A DNA stretch of 63,518 nt, the filler included, from Octopus bimaculoides (lineage: Eukaryota): the NCBI RefSeq assembly GCF_001194135.2. It is 7 parts of 6 records of this genome, joined end to end, with 100 filler letters (N's around TTAATTAATTAA, not from the genome) between each part and the next. Parts side by side here need not be neighbours in the genome. Positions count along the whole stretch, not along the records: positions 1 to 27,718 come from NC_068982.1; 6 more parts are not named here. One strand, 5' to 3'. The position numbers and the translations under genes were made by a program. The notes beneath the pieces are model-generated. The model saw only the letters and a program-made list of their open reading frames with translations. It ran no database searches and was not told the DNA's origin. The stretch's first letter is position 1, and the number at the start of each line of letters is the position of its first letter. Below, piece after piece: positions 14,024-24,300 of the stretch.

Positions 14024-17000
14024 AGAGAGAGAGAATTCACATATAAACATTGAAAAGTATATTTACAGTAATGAAGATCTCAATAAATGAACCATTGTTA
14101 AACTCCAATATGGGAAACTCTTGTAGAACAAACTTGCATGTATTAGAAGTGGCTTTAATGATTATTTAAAATAATAAGAGGGAAAGCATAAATTTCCATA
14201 TACTTCATAATTTGTGTTAAACAGATGTTTAATTGACATACCTTAATTGCATAAATCATATTGTTTGATGACAAAGAAACAGCTGTGGGCCACAAATTAT
14301 GAACTTTGTGAAATTTATGCTTTTCTGTTTTTTGTTTTGTGTGTGTGTGTGTGTTCATGCACACATGTGTGCATGTGTGACTACGTACATGTTTGTGTAT
14401 TTAGCCTTCGCATTTTATTTAACCTGATAAGTACACACTGAGCTGCCACCTCAAGTTCTTCAGCTCTTGCTTGAACTGGTATATCTTATTTGCTCCATCA
14501 TTTATGCTGTAGGAAAATTTTAATGTTGTCTTCTTTTTCAGCCTGAACTCAGTTTCTAGACTAGAGATAGTGGTGGTAATCATCTGGAGGTATCAATCAG
14601 AATCACCCATAACTATTGCCTTCAAGATGGAATCAACCCATTCCTTTCTTTGTTAGTTAAGGGCCACATCATTCAGTGATGTTCTACTACTCTGCATAAG
14701 TTTGGGCTTGTCTATCCAGTAACTGCAGATGAATCCAGGCTTGGCTTCCCCTGAATCTCACTACCATCTACACACATTTCATCTTGTCCTATTAGATTTT
14801 CAGGTCATACCGGTTTTTACAGACTTTGTTACAAATACATTCCATTTTCATTACTATAAATCTGTTACCAAACAGACTCACATGAATATGAGGCAAATTG
14901 AGCTTAATAAATCACATGACTTTTGTGCCACAATTAACACACCATCCTAAATAAGCATACCATTATTACTAAAGAGATCTGTTACCAGAAAATTATTACA
15001 CATAATTCTTTTCATTCATAGATGAACATCACATGGCCTATATTGATGAAGACACTCATTTCATATACTCATGCCCAGAAGAAAGTACAGGAAAGTGTGA
15101 TGCAAATGGTGTTTCACTCATGATATACTCCAGACGAAAACAAACAACACACGATATCCTGGAGAAACTAAAAAACTTTCAGCCATTTCTATGTTTGAAT
15201 ATTTCTCACCTGAATACAGTAGAATTTCCATCATTGAGTAAGTAAAGTTGGTACATTTTTCAGAAATGTCTCTTCAATCTACTCTCATCCCTAACTGTCT
15301 AACTTTATTTCTCACTATCTTACTCTATCTCTCTTTCCTTCTGTCTTTTTCTTTGTTCTTATCCTTATCTGTCTCTATTGCTCTTTATCTTTCATCTTCC
15401 AGTCTTCGTCCCTCTATACCAATCAATTTCACTATCTACATCTGTCTTCCTTTTTCTCTATCTGTCTATCTTTCTATCTAATTCCCCCTCTTTGCGTCTC
15501 TCACACTCATTCTTCTTTAGCCAAAAATTTTCATAATTTACAATTTGAATGTCATACCACTACAACAATATCCGCCATCAGTAATACACCTCTATGCCAA
15601 CATCTATATCCTCCACTATAACTACATCCACCATTACAATTTTATCTCCAGCTAATCTAAAAACTGTTATAATTCATTACATTTATGTACGTGGTCTGAT
15701 CAATAAATATCCAAACTGTTGCCATAGTAACAAAGCTAAAGCACACAAAATGAAGCCACTTGGCACAGATTGACCTTGAACTCTGCTGTGCATGCAACTA
15801 AGTCTTAATGTTCTATCTCACTTCCACTGTTTACGGCAGTGCTTGGAAAGAACATGTGTAGTGTGTGATCATCACATTGACCATGACAGAAAAAGTTGAG
15901 CAGAGAATCTGCATCAAATTTTGCTAAAAGCTTGGTGATACCTGCTCAAAGGCCTACACAAAGTTGCAGAAAGTGTATGGAGAGCAGTGTATAAGCTGCA
16001 CACAGGTGTATGAGAGGTTCAGACGTTTCCAAGATGGCTGAAAAAATGTCGATAGGGATGAACGTTCTGAGAGACCTGCAACCAGCAGAACTGAGGAAAA
16101 CATCGCAGATGTGCGTGCAGCTGTGAGGAAAAATCATTGAATTGCCATCCATGAGTTATCAGAGTATGTGCAGATTAGTTACGGTTCAGTTCAGTCCATT
16201 ATCACTGAAGATTTGGGTATGTGACATGTGTCTGCTAAGATTGTGCCAAAACTGCTTTCAGCTGATCAAAAAGACACTCAGGTTTCAGTTGTACAAGATC
16301 TCCTTGATTGTGTTGAGAATGACGTAAACTTTTTGAAAACGGTCATAACGGGTGATGAATCATGGGTCTATTTGTTATGACTCCAAAACAAAGGTTCAGT
16401 CTTCACAGTGGAAGACCTCAATTTCTCAGAGATTGAAGAAAGCACGAATGAGTTGAAGCAATTTGAAGACACTGGTGACCATTTTCTTCGACCACAAGGG
16501 GATTGGTCATCAAAAGTATGCTCCACCTGGTCAGACAGTAAACAAGGAGTACCACCATGACATTTTGTGGGATGCTATTCATCAGAAAAGGCCACAATTG
16601 CATGTGTCCGGTGAGTGACAATTGCACCATGACAACGCGCCTGCCTGTTAAGCACATCTTATGCAGCAATTTTTGGCACAGCATTCCCCAGGTCCAACAG
16701 CCACCATATTCCCCCGATCTTGCCCTTGCAACTTTTTCCTCTTTCCAAAAATCTAATTCTGCTTGAAAGGAAGAAGGTTTCAGGACGTCGGGGAAATCAA
16801 AGTGAATGCAGTGAGGCAGCTGCTGACTATCTCAGAAAACGAGTTCCAGGAATGTTTCCATTAAGTGTGTGGCTTCTGGAGGGGACTAGTTTGAAGGAGA
16901 TTAAATGCCAAATTGGTATTTGCTGTAGTTTTGTTTTTATAGTACCAGTCCAGATACTAGTTGATCAGACCTTGTATCTGTTTTGCACAAGTCTTCATGT

Positions 17001-20000
17001 GAAAATGTGTGTTTAAACAGATATTGTTATAATTGAGGATGTTTTGTATTTTTTTTTACAACTATACACACACACTATTTGATCTTCACTATAATTTATT
17101 TTTATATATCCTTAATTCTAGATTTCACAGAACCTACAAAATTGACGAACAACACACATACTACATGTTCTGTGGAAAATATTCCTGGTATTGAAAACTA
17201 CAACCAGTCAAAGGTTCGTTGTTGTTGATATTCTTTAGCTTTAACTCAGCTCTAGCCAAGTAGGAAAGTGGTCCAAGACATTACAGTCATGATCAGCAAA
17301 TTTTATTATTAATTAATTTTACATAGGTGGAATTACTGGAGGAGGTCTTCATGGTCATTTTAAGACCAAAACCAGCTTCCTAACTTCATTCCTTGCCAAC
17401 ATTCTGAATGTTGCAAAACTTTGACTGTGTTTTTCTCGGTTTTTAAGTTGCAGTGCTTACAACAGTCTGTTACTAAATGCCTCATATATTTTAATGCTTT
17501 AATAATTCTGCCAGCTCACTACCAATACCACTTGTTGATACTCCGTCGTTTACAATGTCGAGGGTTCCAGTTGATCTGATCAACAGAACAGCCTGTTCGT
17601 GAAATTAACGTGCAAGTGGCTGAGCACTCCACAGACACGTGTACCCTTAACATAGTTCTCGGGGATATTCAGCGTGACACAGTGTGACAAGGCTGACCCT
17701 TTAAATTACAGGCACCACTACTACTATGATTATCAGAAATACTACAACTTCTGTGGTCATCAATACTAATATAGGAAAGTGGGTTATACATCATTAGATG
17801 TATACCTGACTTTCCTATATAATATTATGAATATAACGGAACGCTGAACTCCAGACTATCAACATAACTATTATTTATTTAAGGTGGTTAATATATACAT
17901 CTTTAGCTCTTGTTTGTTGTTACAGCTTCTGTGTGTGTGAGCATTGTTGTTGGGACGTTGGTATGTAGATGTAAGCGAGCTGTCGAGCGTAAGTCCGAAA
18001 GATGGAGAGAGACAGCTAAACACGTCCATGCTCAATCGCTGGCCAGCAAGAAAGAGACAGATCAAAGTGGGAAAGCTTGGTATGTTGAATTCCACGCATG
18101 CGTGAGACTACGCATGCGCACGGCGTTACTACAGGGCTCCCTTGCCAGTGCGGAAACGCACGATAATATGAGATCTGTTGGAACGCCTGGGGCAGGATGG
18201 CCACCGAAACCACCCACAAGATGTGGTACAGACACACACAAAGAAAAATCAAAGAAATGAATGTACACTTGTGAGATACATGCATGCAATGTACAAATGA
18301 AATGACAATGACAAAACAACCGTGATGACAACTGTCCAGGAAACTGGAATCACGCGATGTAAAAGTCTGATTTTTTGTTCTTTCTGAAAGGAAAGAAAAT
18401 ATATGAGTGCACAAGTGTGTGTGTGAGAAAAAAACACAGAACATAGTAAAAGTGTCTGTAGTATAGACTGCGAAAAGTCCTAAAACACCGAGATAGAGAA
18501 AACCAGTTTGTATTAAAATTCCACAAGGAGATAGAATGTCTGTACTCAGGAAGTCGTGGTCNNNNNNNNNNNNNNNNNNNNNNNNNNNNNNNNNNNNNNN
18601 NNNNNNNNNNNNNNNNNNNNNNNNNNNNNNNNNNNNNNNNNNNNNNNNNNNNNNNNNNNNNNNNNNNNNNNNNNNNNNNNNNNNNNNNNNNNNNNNNNNN
18701 NNNNNNNNNNNNNNNNNNNNNNNNNNNNNNNNNNNNNNNNNNNNNNNNNNNNNNNNNNNNNNNNNNNNNNNNNNNNNNNNNNNNNNNNNNNNNNNNNNNN
18801 NNNNNNNNNNNNNNNNNNNNNNNNNNNNNNNNNNNNNNNNNNNNNNNNNNNNNNNNNNNNNNNNNNNNNNNNNNNNNNNNNNNNNNNNNNNNNNNNNNNN
18901 NNNNNNNNNNNNNNNNNNNNNNNNNNNNNNNNNNNNNNNNNNNNNNNNNNNNNNNNNNNNNNNNNNNNNNNNNNNNNNNNNNNNNNNNNNNNNNNNNNNN
19001 NNNNNNNNNNNNNNNNNNNNNNNNNNNNNNNNNNNNNNNNNNNNNNNNNNNNNNNNNNNNNNNNNNNNNNNNNNNNNNNNNNNNNNNNNNNNNNNNNNNN
19101 NNNNNNNNNNNNNNNAGCAGATAGAAAGTCAGTACACGTGAGAGTTTTATACCAAGTTCTTGAGTACACAATTGGAAAGTCGTGTTGACTATGGTTGGAG
19201 ATCTTGGTGGTCATCGTTGCTTGGTAGTTCAGTCTCCATGGCCGTATTTGTTCTTTAGTCGGGGTTCACCAGTTATAGGTTGGTAGTCCAGAATCCATGC
19301 TGCGTTTGTTTCTTCGTCGGGGTCACCACTTTATAGGAAAGTGGGTTATATGAACTTTTCAAGTTGGCTGCGTGTTTGAATCACGTCGGGGGTCACCACT
19401 TTATAGGAAAGTGGGTTATACATCATTAGATGTATACCTGACTTTCTTATATAATATTAAGATTTAACGGAACGCTGAACTCCAGACTATCAACTTAAAC
19501 AACATTTATTCAGGTGGTAAATATATACATCTTTAGCTCTTGTTTGTTGTTAGAGCTTCTGTGTGTGTGTGAGCATTGTTGTTGGGACGTTGGTATGTAG
19601 ATGTAAGCGAGCTGTCGAGCGTAAGTCCGAAAGATGGAGAGAGACAGCTAAACACGTCCATGCTCAATCGCTGGCCAGCAAGAAAGAGACAGATCAAAGC
19701 GGGAAAGCTTGGTATGTTGAATTCCACGCATGCGTGAGACTACGCATGTGCACGGCGTTACTACACTAATATTCCCACCATAAATACTACAATCATCATC
19801 AATACCACAACTTGTTACCACTATTACTAATACCAGTTACTATTATTACTAACATTAATACCACTAGTATTATCATTAATACTTCTACTATTACCGATAC
19901 TATTACTAAATTGGGATCTTTTTTAAAACTGGGGCCACATTTTTCATTAACGAAACACTTTGAAACTTGGAACACTGGTAGAATGTGTCATATAAAACAT

Positions 20001-22519
20001 CTTTTTCTCTTAGTCTTCTTTAAAAAAAAGAAATCCCTAAGTTATTCCATGTTAAAGTTGTCGTATTTCTGTAATTTCAACCAATCACTGACGTCCATTC
20101 ATCCGATATACATTAAGTGCCGACTACATAAACAAACGATTCTGAAACAATTCTATCGGTGATAGGGTTAGGGTTAGGGTAAAACAGCAAATTTAAAAAG
20201 AAAAAAGCAAATAAAACGAAGCTATGGCTTAATCAGCCAAAGGAGTAAATATAAACAACTGAATACTTGTCAGTGATTGGTTGAAATTATCGAAATAAGA
20301 CAATTTTTTACATGAAATAAATTCGAATACAAAAATATTTTTCTGTTCTATAACACAAAATAGATAAGTATACGAAGTTTGAAAGTCTTTCGGTACCAAA
20401 AACACTACGTAAAACATTAATGAAAAATGTGGCCCCCGTTTTAAAAAAGATCCCTAAATTAACTAATATAATCATCAGTACTAGTACAACTGCTACTATT
20501 ACAACCAGCACTAATTCTATTGCTACTATTATCATGAATGTGGAGGCGCAATGGCCCAGTAGTTAGGGCAGCGGACTTGCAGTCACAGGATCGCGGTTTT
20601 GAATCCCAGACCGGGCGTTGTGAGTGTTTATTGAGCGAAAACACCTAAAGCTCCACGAGGCTCTGGCAGGGGATGGTGGCGAACCCTGCTGTACTCTTTC
20701 ACCACAACTTTCTCTCACTCTTACTTCTTGTTTCTGTTGTACCTGTAATTCAAAGGGTCAGCCTTGTCACACTGTGTCACGCTGAATATCCCCGAGAACT
20801 ACGTTAAGGGTACACGTGTGTGTGGAGTGCTCAGCCACTTGCACGATAATTTCATGAGCAGGCTGTTCCGTTGATTGGATCAACTGGAAACCTCGATGCC
20901 GTAAGCGACGGAGTGCCATCAACAACAACAACATTATCATGAATACCTTTGTTACTTGCACCAATACTACTATAATGATTACCTCTTTTATAGCTAAAAT
21001 TTCAGGAGGGTTATCTGAGTAAATCCCACCTGCTTTATATCTTACAAAAGCAGAGACTCTTGTGCCTATAAAGGAAATAATTATACAGGAAATTTAATTT
21101 CCTAAGTTGCTAATCTTTCATTTCTAAATTGATACATGGCATTCTTTATTTTTCTGAATAATATAGCTAATAGCCAACATTTGCTTCAATCATTTCAGCT
21201 CCTTGGAACATGGTATGAAGTAGCACATTCTGATATCCCTGACCAAATAGGAAAGAGGGGTCCAAACCATACACATAGAGTTCAATTCTATGAGGACACA
21301 GATGGACATCTAAAACTTGGATATCAACATGATAGGTAAGTATTACATTACAATAGTAAGACAAGTGCCGTTACTATGGGACAGAGATATGGACATTGGT
21401 TAGAAATATATTAATAGTATGGCTGCTATATTAGACAACACAATATTACTATTGCATTATATTACACCACACAATACTACATAAGCTTTCCTAATCCCTA
21501 TTATATTGTGCAAGCCATTCTAATACATTACACCAGACCAGCCATCCTATGACATTGTATCACACCAGCTCTTTATTAAATTATAAAACACCAGCTAAAC
21601 TATTATACCATACCATCTATCTTATTACGGCACACTATATATTGTATTACATCACATCACACTAACTGTTCTATTACATCAAAACAGGTGTCACATTACA
21701 CTGCGCCACACCAGTTATATGTATTGTTACATTACATTCTACCAGCTGTCCTTTCACATCATACCATGTTCAATTACATCACACTAATAATCATATTACA
21801 TAACACCAAACCAACTGTTGTATTACATCTATCACATCACACCAGTTGCACTATTACATTATACCACACAGCTGTCCGATTATACCACACTGCATTTTAA
21901 ACATCTGGCTGTTTCTCAGTCTGACATTAAATATCTAACCAATAGTACATGACTCCAAATAAATACTTTGAACTGGGCAATACAAATACAAGAAAGCAAG
22001 TTGTTTTAAAGTGTAGTGCAATCTACATCTCTCTTTCTTTACCTATCTCTGATTCAGTTGTTTCTGTCTCTCTCTCACTCAAACCTTTCATCACCTCCAA
22101 TGCCCCCTCCTCTCTCAATGCACTCAGTCCACTCTGCAGGGTGGTTGGTGTCAGGAAGGGCATCCAGCCATAAAAGTCATGCCAAAACAGACACTGAAGT
22201 CTGGTGCAGTCTTCTGCCTAGCCAGCTCCTGTCAAACTGTCCAACCCATGCCAGATTGGAAAGTAGATGTTAAATGATGATGATGATGTTCAATCTTGTA
22301 TCATAACAGTATTCCTCTTCTCTAAATAATCTATGCTATTCTTGTTTCTTTCAGCAACAAGACAGACACTTCTGGTGCATTTGTTGGTGACATACAACCT
22401 CAATGTGTTTATAGTCTCAGTGGACATTTTACATCGAAGTACACATTTTCTGCACGTAAGAGATCAGATATTGCACATAATATTATAAATATATATCCTG
22501 TGTTACATTTGATGTGAAC

Positions 22520-22571
<52 letters not shown>

Positions 22572-22701
22572 NNNNNNNNNNNNNNNNNNNNNNNNNNNNN
22601 NNNNNNNNNNNNNNNNNNNNNNNNNNNNNNNNNNNNNNNNNNNNNNNNNNNNNNNNNNNNNNNNNNNNNNNNNNNNNNNNNNNNNNNNNNNNNNNNNNNN
22701 N

Positions 22702-22792
<91 letters not shown>

Positions 22793-23086
22793 TTGTATGT
22801 GTGTGTATATAAATATATTTCCTTTAGCGAGGATCCTTTCTCTCTGAATATATGTTTACTCTTTATTGCAGTTGTGAAGATCATCTACACTGATTATGAT
22901 AATCTCACAATAATTTTCGTTTGCACTTTCACCAATTACAATGGTGAATGTTATATGCCTATGGTCCACATAATGAGTAGAAAGCTTGAACTTACAACAC
23001 ACATGCTCGGTGTGGCTGAATCTGTCTTCAATAAAGTTTGTATTCATCCAGATAATATCCAGATAGTGCAGGATGTTTGTAAGTAA
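4621..23086 (+). CDS. Multi-domain (three or more tandem domains) lipocalin-family gene; 5' part not found in window; span of nine exons
   Basis: Exons 4621-4830, 6619-6698, 9725-9819 (or 9831), 11452-11564, 15022-15237, 17122-17213, 21199-21335, 22355-22455 and 22872-23078/23086 all have AG/GT boundaries and splice in frame. They carry lipocalin motifs GxWY (twice), TDY-like (three times) and SR (three times). Confidence 0.8.
5560..6000. repeat. Degenerate low-complexity satellite. Similar tracts at about 6200-6360, 10000-10800, 11690-12000, 21420-21900, 27040-27330
   Basis: Recurrent GGT(A/G)(T/A)(A/T)ACT-like short units with strong strand asymmetry. Confidence 0.7.
6619..6698 (+). CDS. 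Lipocalin gene exon: linker/N-terminus of domain 2 (phase 1 to 0)
   Basis: QFKNPVNGVCQMENMPIADYNHGKTQ, donor CAG|gttagt. The acceptor is a weak AAG. Homologous to 17122-17213. Confidence 0.6.
7090..7400 (-). mobile_element. CR1/L2-group LINE 3' fragment; ends approximate
   Basis: Minus translation TAHYSRSFLPKILSL*NHL...GVNLNQFK matches the SFxPRTxxLWNxLP...NLxxFK terminus. Confidence 0.6.
7990..8580 (+). mobile_element. R4/Dong-type non-LTR retrotransposon 3' end (restriction-like endonuclease)
   Basis: RHHDNIARLVHWTLC...KILWDFMIQ...RKPNIVLIEK...IIDIACPAD...VVPIIVGALG, followed by a (TAA)n tail. Confidence 0.85.
8590..8935 (-). mobile_element. Two adjacent SINE copies with Deu/Nin-like core. 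Other copies at about 3140-3270, 36820-36910, 43950-44330, 47760-47950, 49540-49790, 53150-53340, 55827-56042
   Basis: Recurrent motif GCCTTTCATCCTTTCGGGGTCGATAAA..AGTACCAG..CTGGGGTCGAT with B-box-like GAGTTCAAATTC. Confidence 0.75.
8950..9690 (+). mobile_element. Second, older R4/Dong-type 3' fragment
   Basis: KPET...IAAQEQTIWTN..KAK..KTQSD and PMVIGALGT segments, with frameshifts and a (TAA)n tail. Confidence 0.75.
9725..9819 (+). CDS. Lipocalin gene exon: domain 2 GxW exon (phase 0 to 2; alternative end 9831)
   Basis: Acceptor ctgtcatctag; LDGIWYVIAALNSIPG... Confidence 0.75.
11452..11564 (+). CDS. Lipocalin gene exon: domain 2 middle (phase 2 to 1)
   Basis: Acceptor ctacatcag, donor gtaagt; NNTCQWKSRSSYTQICPGKAKFMETYLNFPGTNFSTI. 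Confidence 0.75.
12335..12906 (+). mobile_element. SINE-like repeat with internal subrepeats and (GAT)n tail. Shorter copies at about 22120-22290, 25280-25520, 32610-32760
   Basis: Shared tail GGTTGGC.TTAGGAAGGGCATCCAGC...GGA.GTTAA.TGATGATG at several positions. Confidence 0.7.
15022..15237 (+). CDS. Lipocalin gene exon: domain 2 C-terminal half (phase 1 to 1)
   Basis: Acceptor ttcattcatag, donor gtaagt; MAYIDEDTHFIYSC...GKC...LMIYSRR...FLCL. Confidence 0.8.
15690..16974 (+). mobile_element. Full-length mariner transposon, inactivated
   Basis: 1285 bp; TIRs CGTGGTCTGATCAATAAATATCC / AGATACTAGTTGATCAGACCTTG flanked by TA. Transposase remnant MTEKVEQRICIKFC*, VITGDESWVY, HHDN and YSPDLA, with stops and frameshifts. 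Confidence 0.92.
17122..17213 (+). CDS. Lipocalin gene exon: linker/N-terminus of domain 3 (phase 1 to 0)
   Basis: Acceptor ttaattctag, donor AAG|gttcgt; FTEPTKLTNNTHTTCSVENIPGIENYNQSK resembles the C..P...N(F/Y)D..K segment that precedes GxW in lipocalins. Confidence 0.75.
17770..19765 (-). mobile_element. Small (probably non-autonomous) Gypsy-type LTR element with tRNA-Trp PBS
   Basis: Two 364-bp direct repeats (17770-18133, 19402-19765), TGTAG...CTATA on the minus strand; 4-bp TSD CTAA at 17766-69 and 19766-69; PBS TGGTGACCCCCGACGTGA 3 nt from the 5' LTR; weak PPT GGCAAGGGAG; 554-N gap inside. Confidence 0.88.
19913..20454. mobile_element. Non-autonomous TIR DNA element (542 bp), superfamily unassigned
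   Basis: 38-bp TIRs GGGATCTTTTTTAAAAC(T/G)GGGGCCACATTTTTCATTAA; TAAATT on both flanks; internal inverted repeat. Confidence 0.85.
20542..20930 (+). mobile_element. tRNA-derived SINE, full length. Related copies at about 17525-17715 (-), 30780-30910 (-), 35820-36130 (+)
   Basis: A/B-box head GGCGCAATGGCCCAGTAGTTAGG...GGTTTTGAATCCC; shared 3' body CAGCCTTGTCACACTGTGTCACGCTGAAT...; (AAC)n tail. Confidence 0.8.
21199..21335 (+). CDS. Lipocalin gene exon: domain 3 GxW exon (phase 0 to 2)
   Basis: Acceptor catttcag, donor AG|gtaagt; LLGTWYEVAHSD is the SCR1 motif. Confidence 0.85.
22355..22455 (+). CDS. Lipocalin gene exon: domain 3 middle (phase 2 to 1)
   Basis: Acceptor cttgtttctttcag, donor gtaaga; NKTDTSGAFVGDIQPQCVYSLSGHFTSKYTFSA. 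Confidence 0.75.
22872..23086 (+). CDS. Lipocalin gene exon: domain 3 C-terminal half (stop at 23084-86, or donor after 23078)
   Basis: Acceptor ctttattgcag; VKIIYTDYDNLTIIFVC...GEC...HIMSRK...KVCI contains SCR2 (TDY) and SCR3 (SR). Confidence 0.85.
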
Positions 23087-23479
23087 ACAGTGCTTCTTTA
23101 TATTATTTTCAAAGGCTACTTAAATACATGATAGTAACAGTGAATGATGATAATAACATTACTCACTATGAAAATGCTGATGATAATGATGCTGATGGTA
23201 ATGAATGAACATTCAGTGATGTGAGTCTGTTGCTAAATTTTTGTGAGTGAGTGAAAATTTTTTGACATTACTGTGTAGTCTACCACTTACAGGTTAATCT
23301 CATCACTATATTGTGTATGTGTGGCTGTGTATAGGTTTTAACACAATAGTAGTGTGTGTGTGTATTTAGTTATTTTAAACTAAAACACCGTCTTGTCACT
23401 ATTCCAAACATCATACAGTGAGCTCAGAGAAAAAAACAGTGAAGTTTTAACAGCTCTGAATAAATGAATAATTAGACAA

Positions 23480-24300
23480 AGTGATAGATGTAGATGAATG
23501 GCTTAGGTGTAGACAAATGGCTTGTGAGGGCTATATAAGCTATGTACAAAGAGTAAAGAGAGTCAACAATGATTTCAGTGATGAATTTGAGGGGAGTTTT
23601 TAGTCCATTCAAGTGCAGTCCTCAGTCCAATCATATTCATCGTAAGTCATACGGGCTAAGATTGTCTCTAAATGCTCTTTATCTACTTCTCGTAGTTGAA
23701 TCTACAGGGGAAAACTAAACCTAGAATCAAGAAACTTCAAGACTAAGCAGGAAAGAAAATAGGAGTCTGATATCTTCAGGGAAATAGCCTTGCTCAATAT
23801 GTAGAAAATGAGTAGGCATAGATGCCATACACTAGACTCAATGTAAGGTATGGACACACAAAAACTGTAATGGAATCACAAGCAGACAAACAAAATGTTA
23901 TTAACAGTGACAGAAGCAGTATTAATATCAAAAGGTGATCTTCATCTCTCACTTAATATGGAGGTTGTGTTAGAGTACAGAATACTGCATTATTTACTTT
24001 GAGAGGATCTCTCATATGGACTCATGGTATGCAGTAGCACAGTACATACTATAAGCACACCAGAAATAGATTCTTTGAAATGCCCAAATGGCTCACTAGT
24101 AGTCAATACCGAGAAGATGTAATTTTCCTAAGGGAGGTTGTTGCTTCAAAAACATAGTAACCAGGATAAGAACAGGTCATAAAAAGTTCAGGGAGCTTAT
24201 ACTGCAACTGGCATCAAAGATCTTTTCCCTCAGAGTGAAGAGCAGATAATATAACAGTTGTATTAGAACTGCAATGTTGGTTGTTTTAGAGAGGCATCAC
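23480..24300 (+). mobile_element. RTE-clade LINE fragment (RT C-terminal part), decayed
   Basis: LGVDKWLVRAI, RVNNDFSDEF, PCSICRK*VG...TQCKVWTHKNCNGI, RIRTGHKKFREL...YNSCIRTAML. Confidence 0.75.

Noticed and set aside
18350-19214. Long ORFs in the provided track spanning N runs or microsatellites (also 2340-2803, 35022-35622, 41106-41810, 45341-46285, 58094-58699)
   Set aside because: Length comes from undefined bases or (TA)n, (CA)n and (CT)n repeats.
23579-23641. Possible further lipocalin exon ending in GTAAGT
   Set aside because: No pyrimidine tract, and the sequence translates as part of the RTE reverse transcriptase.
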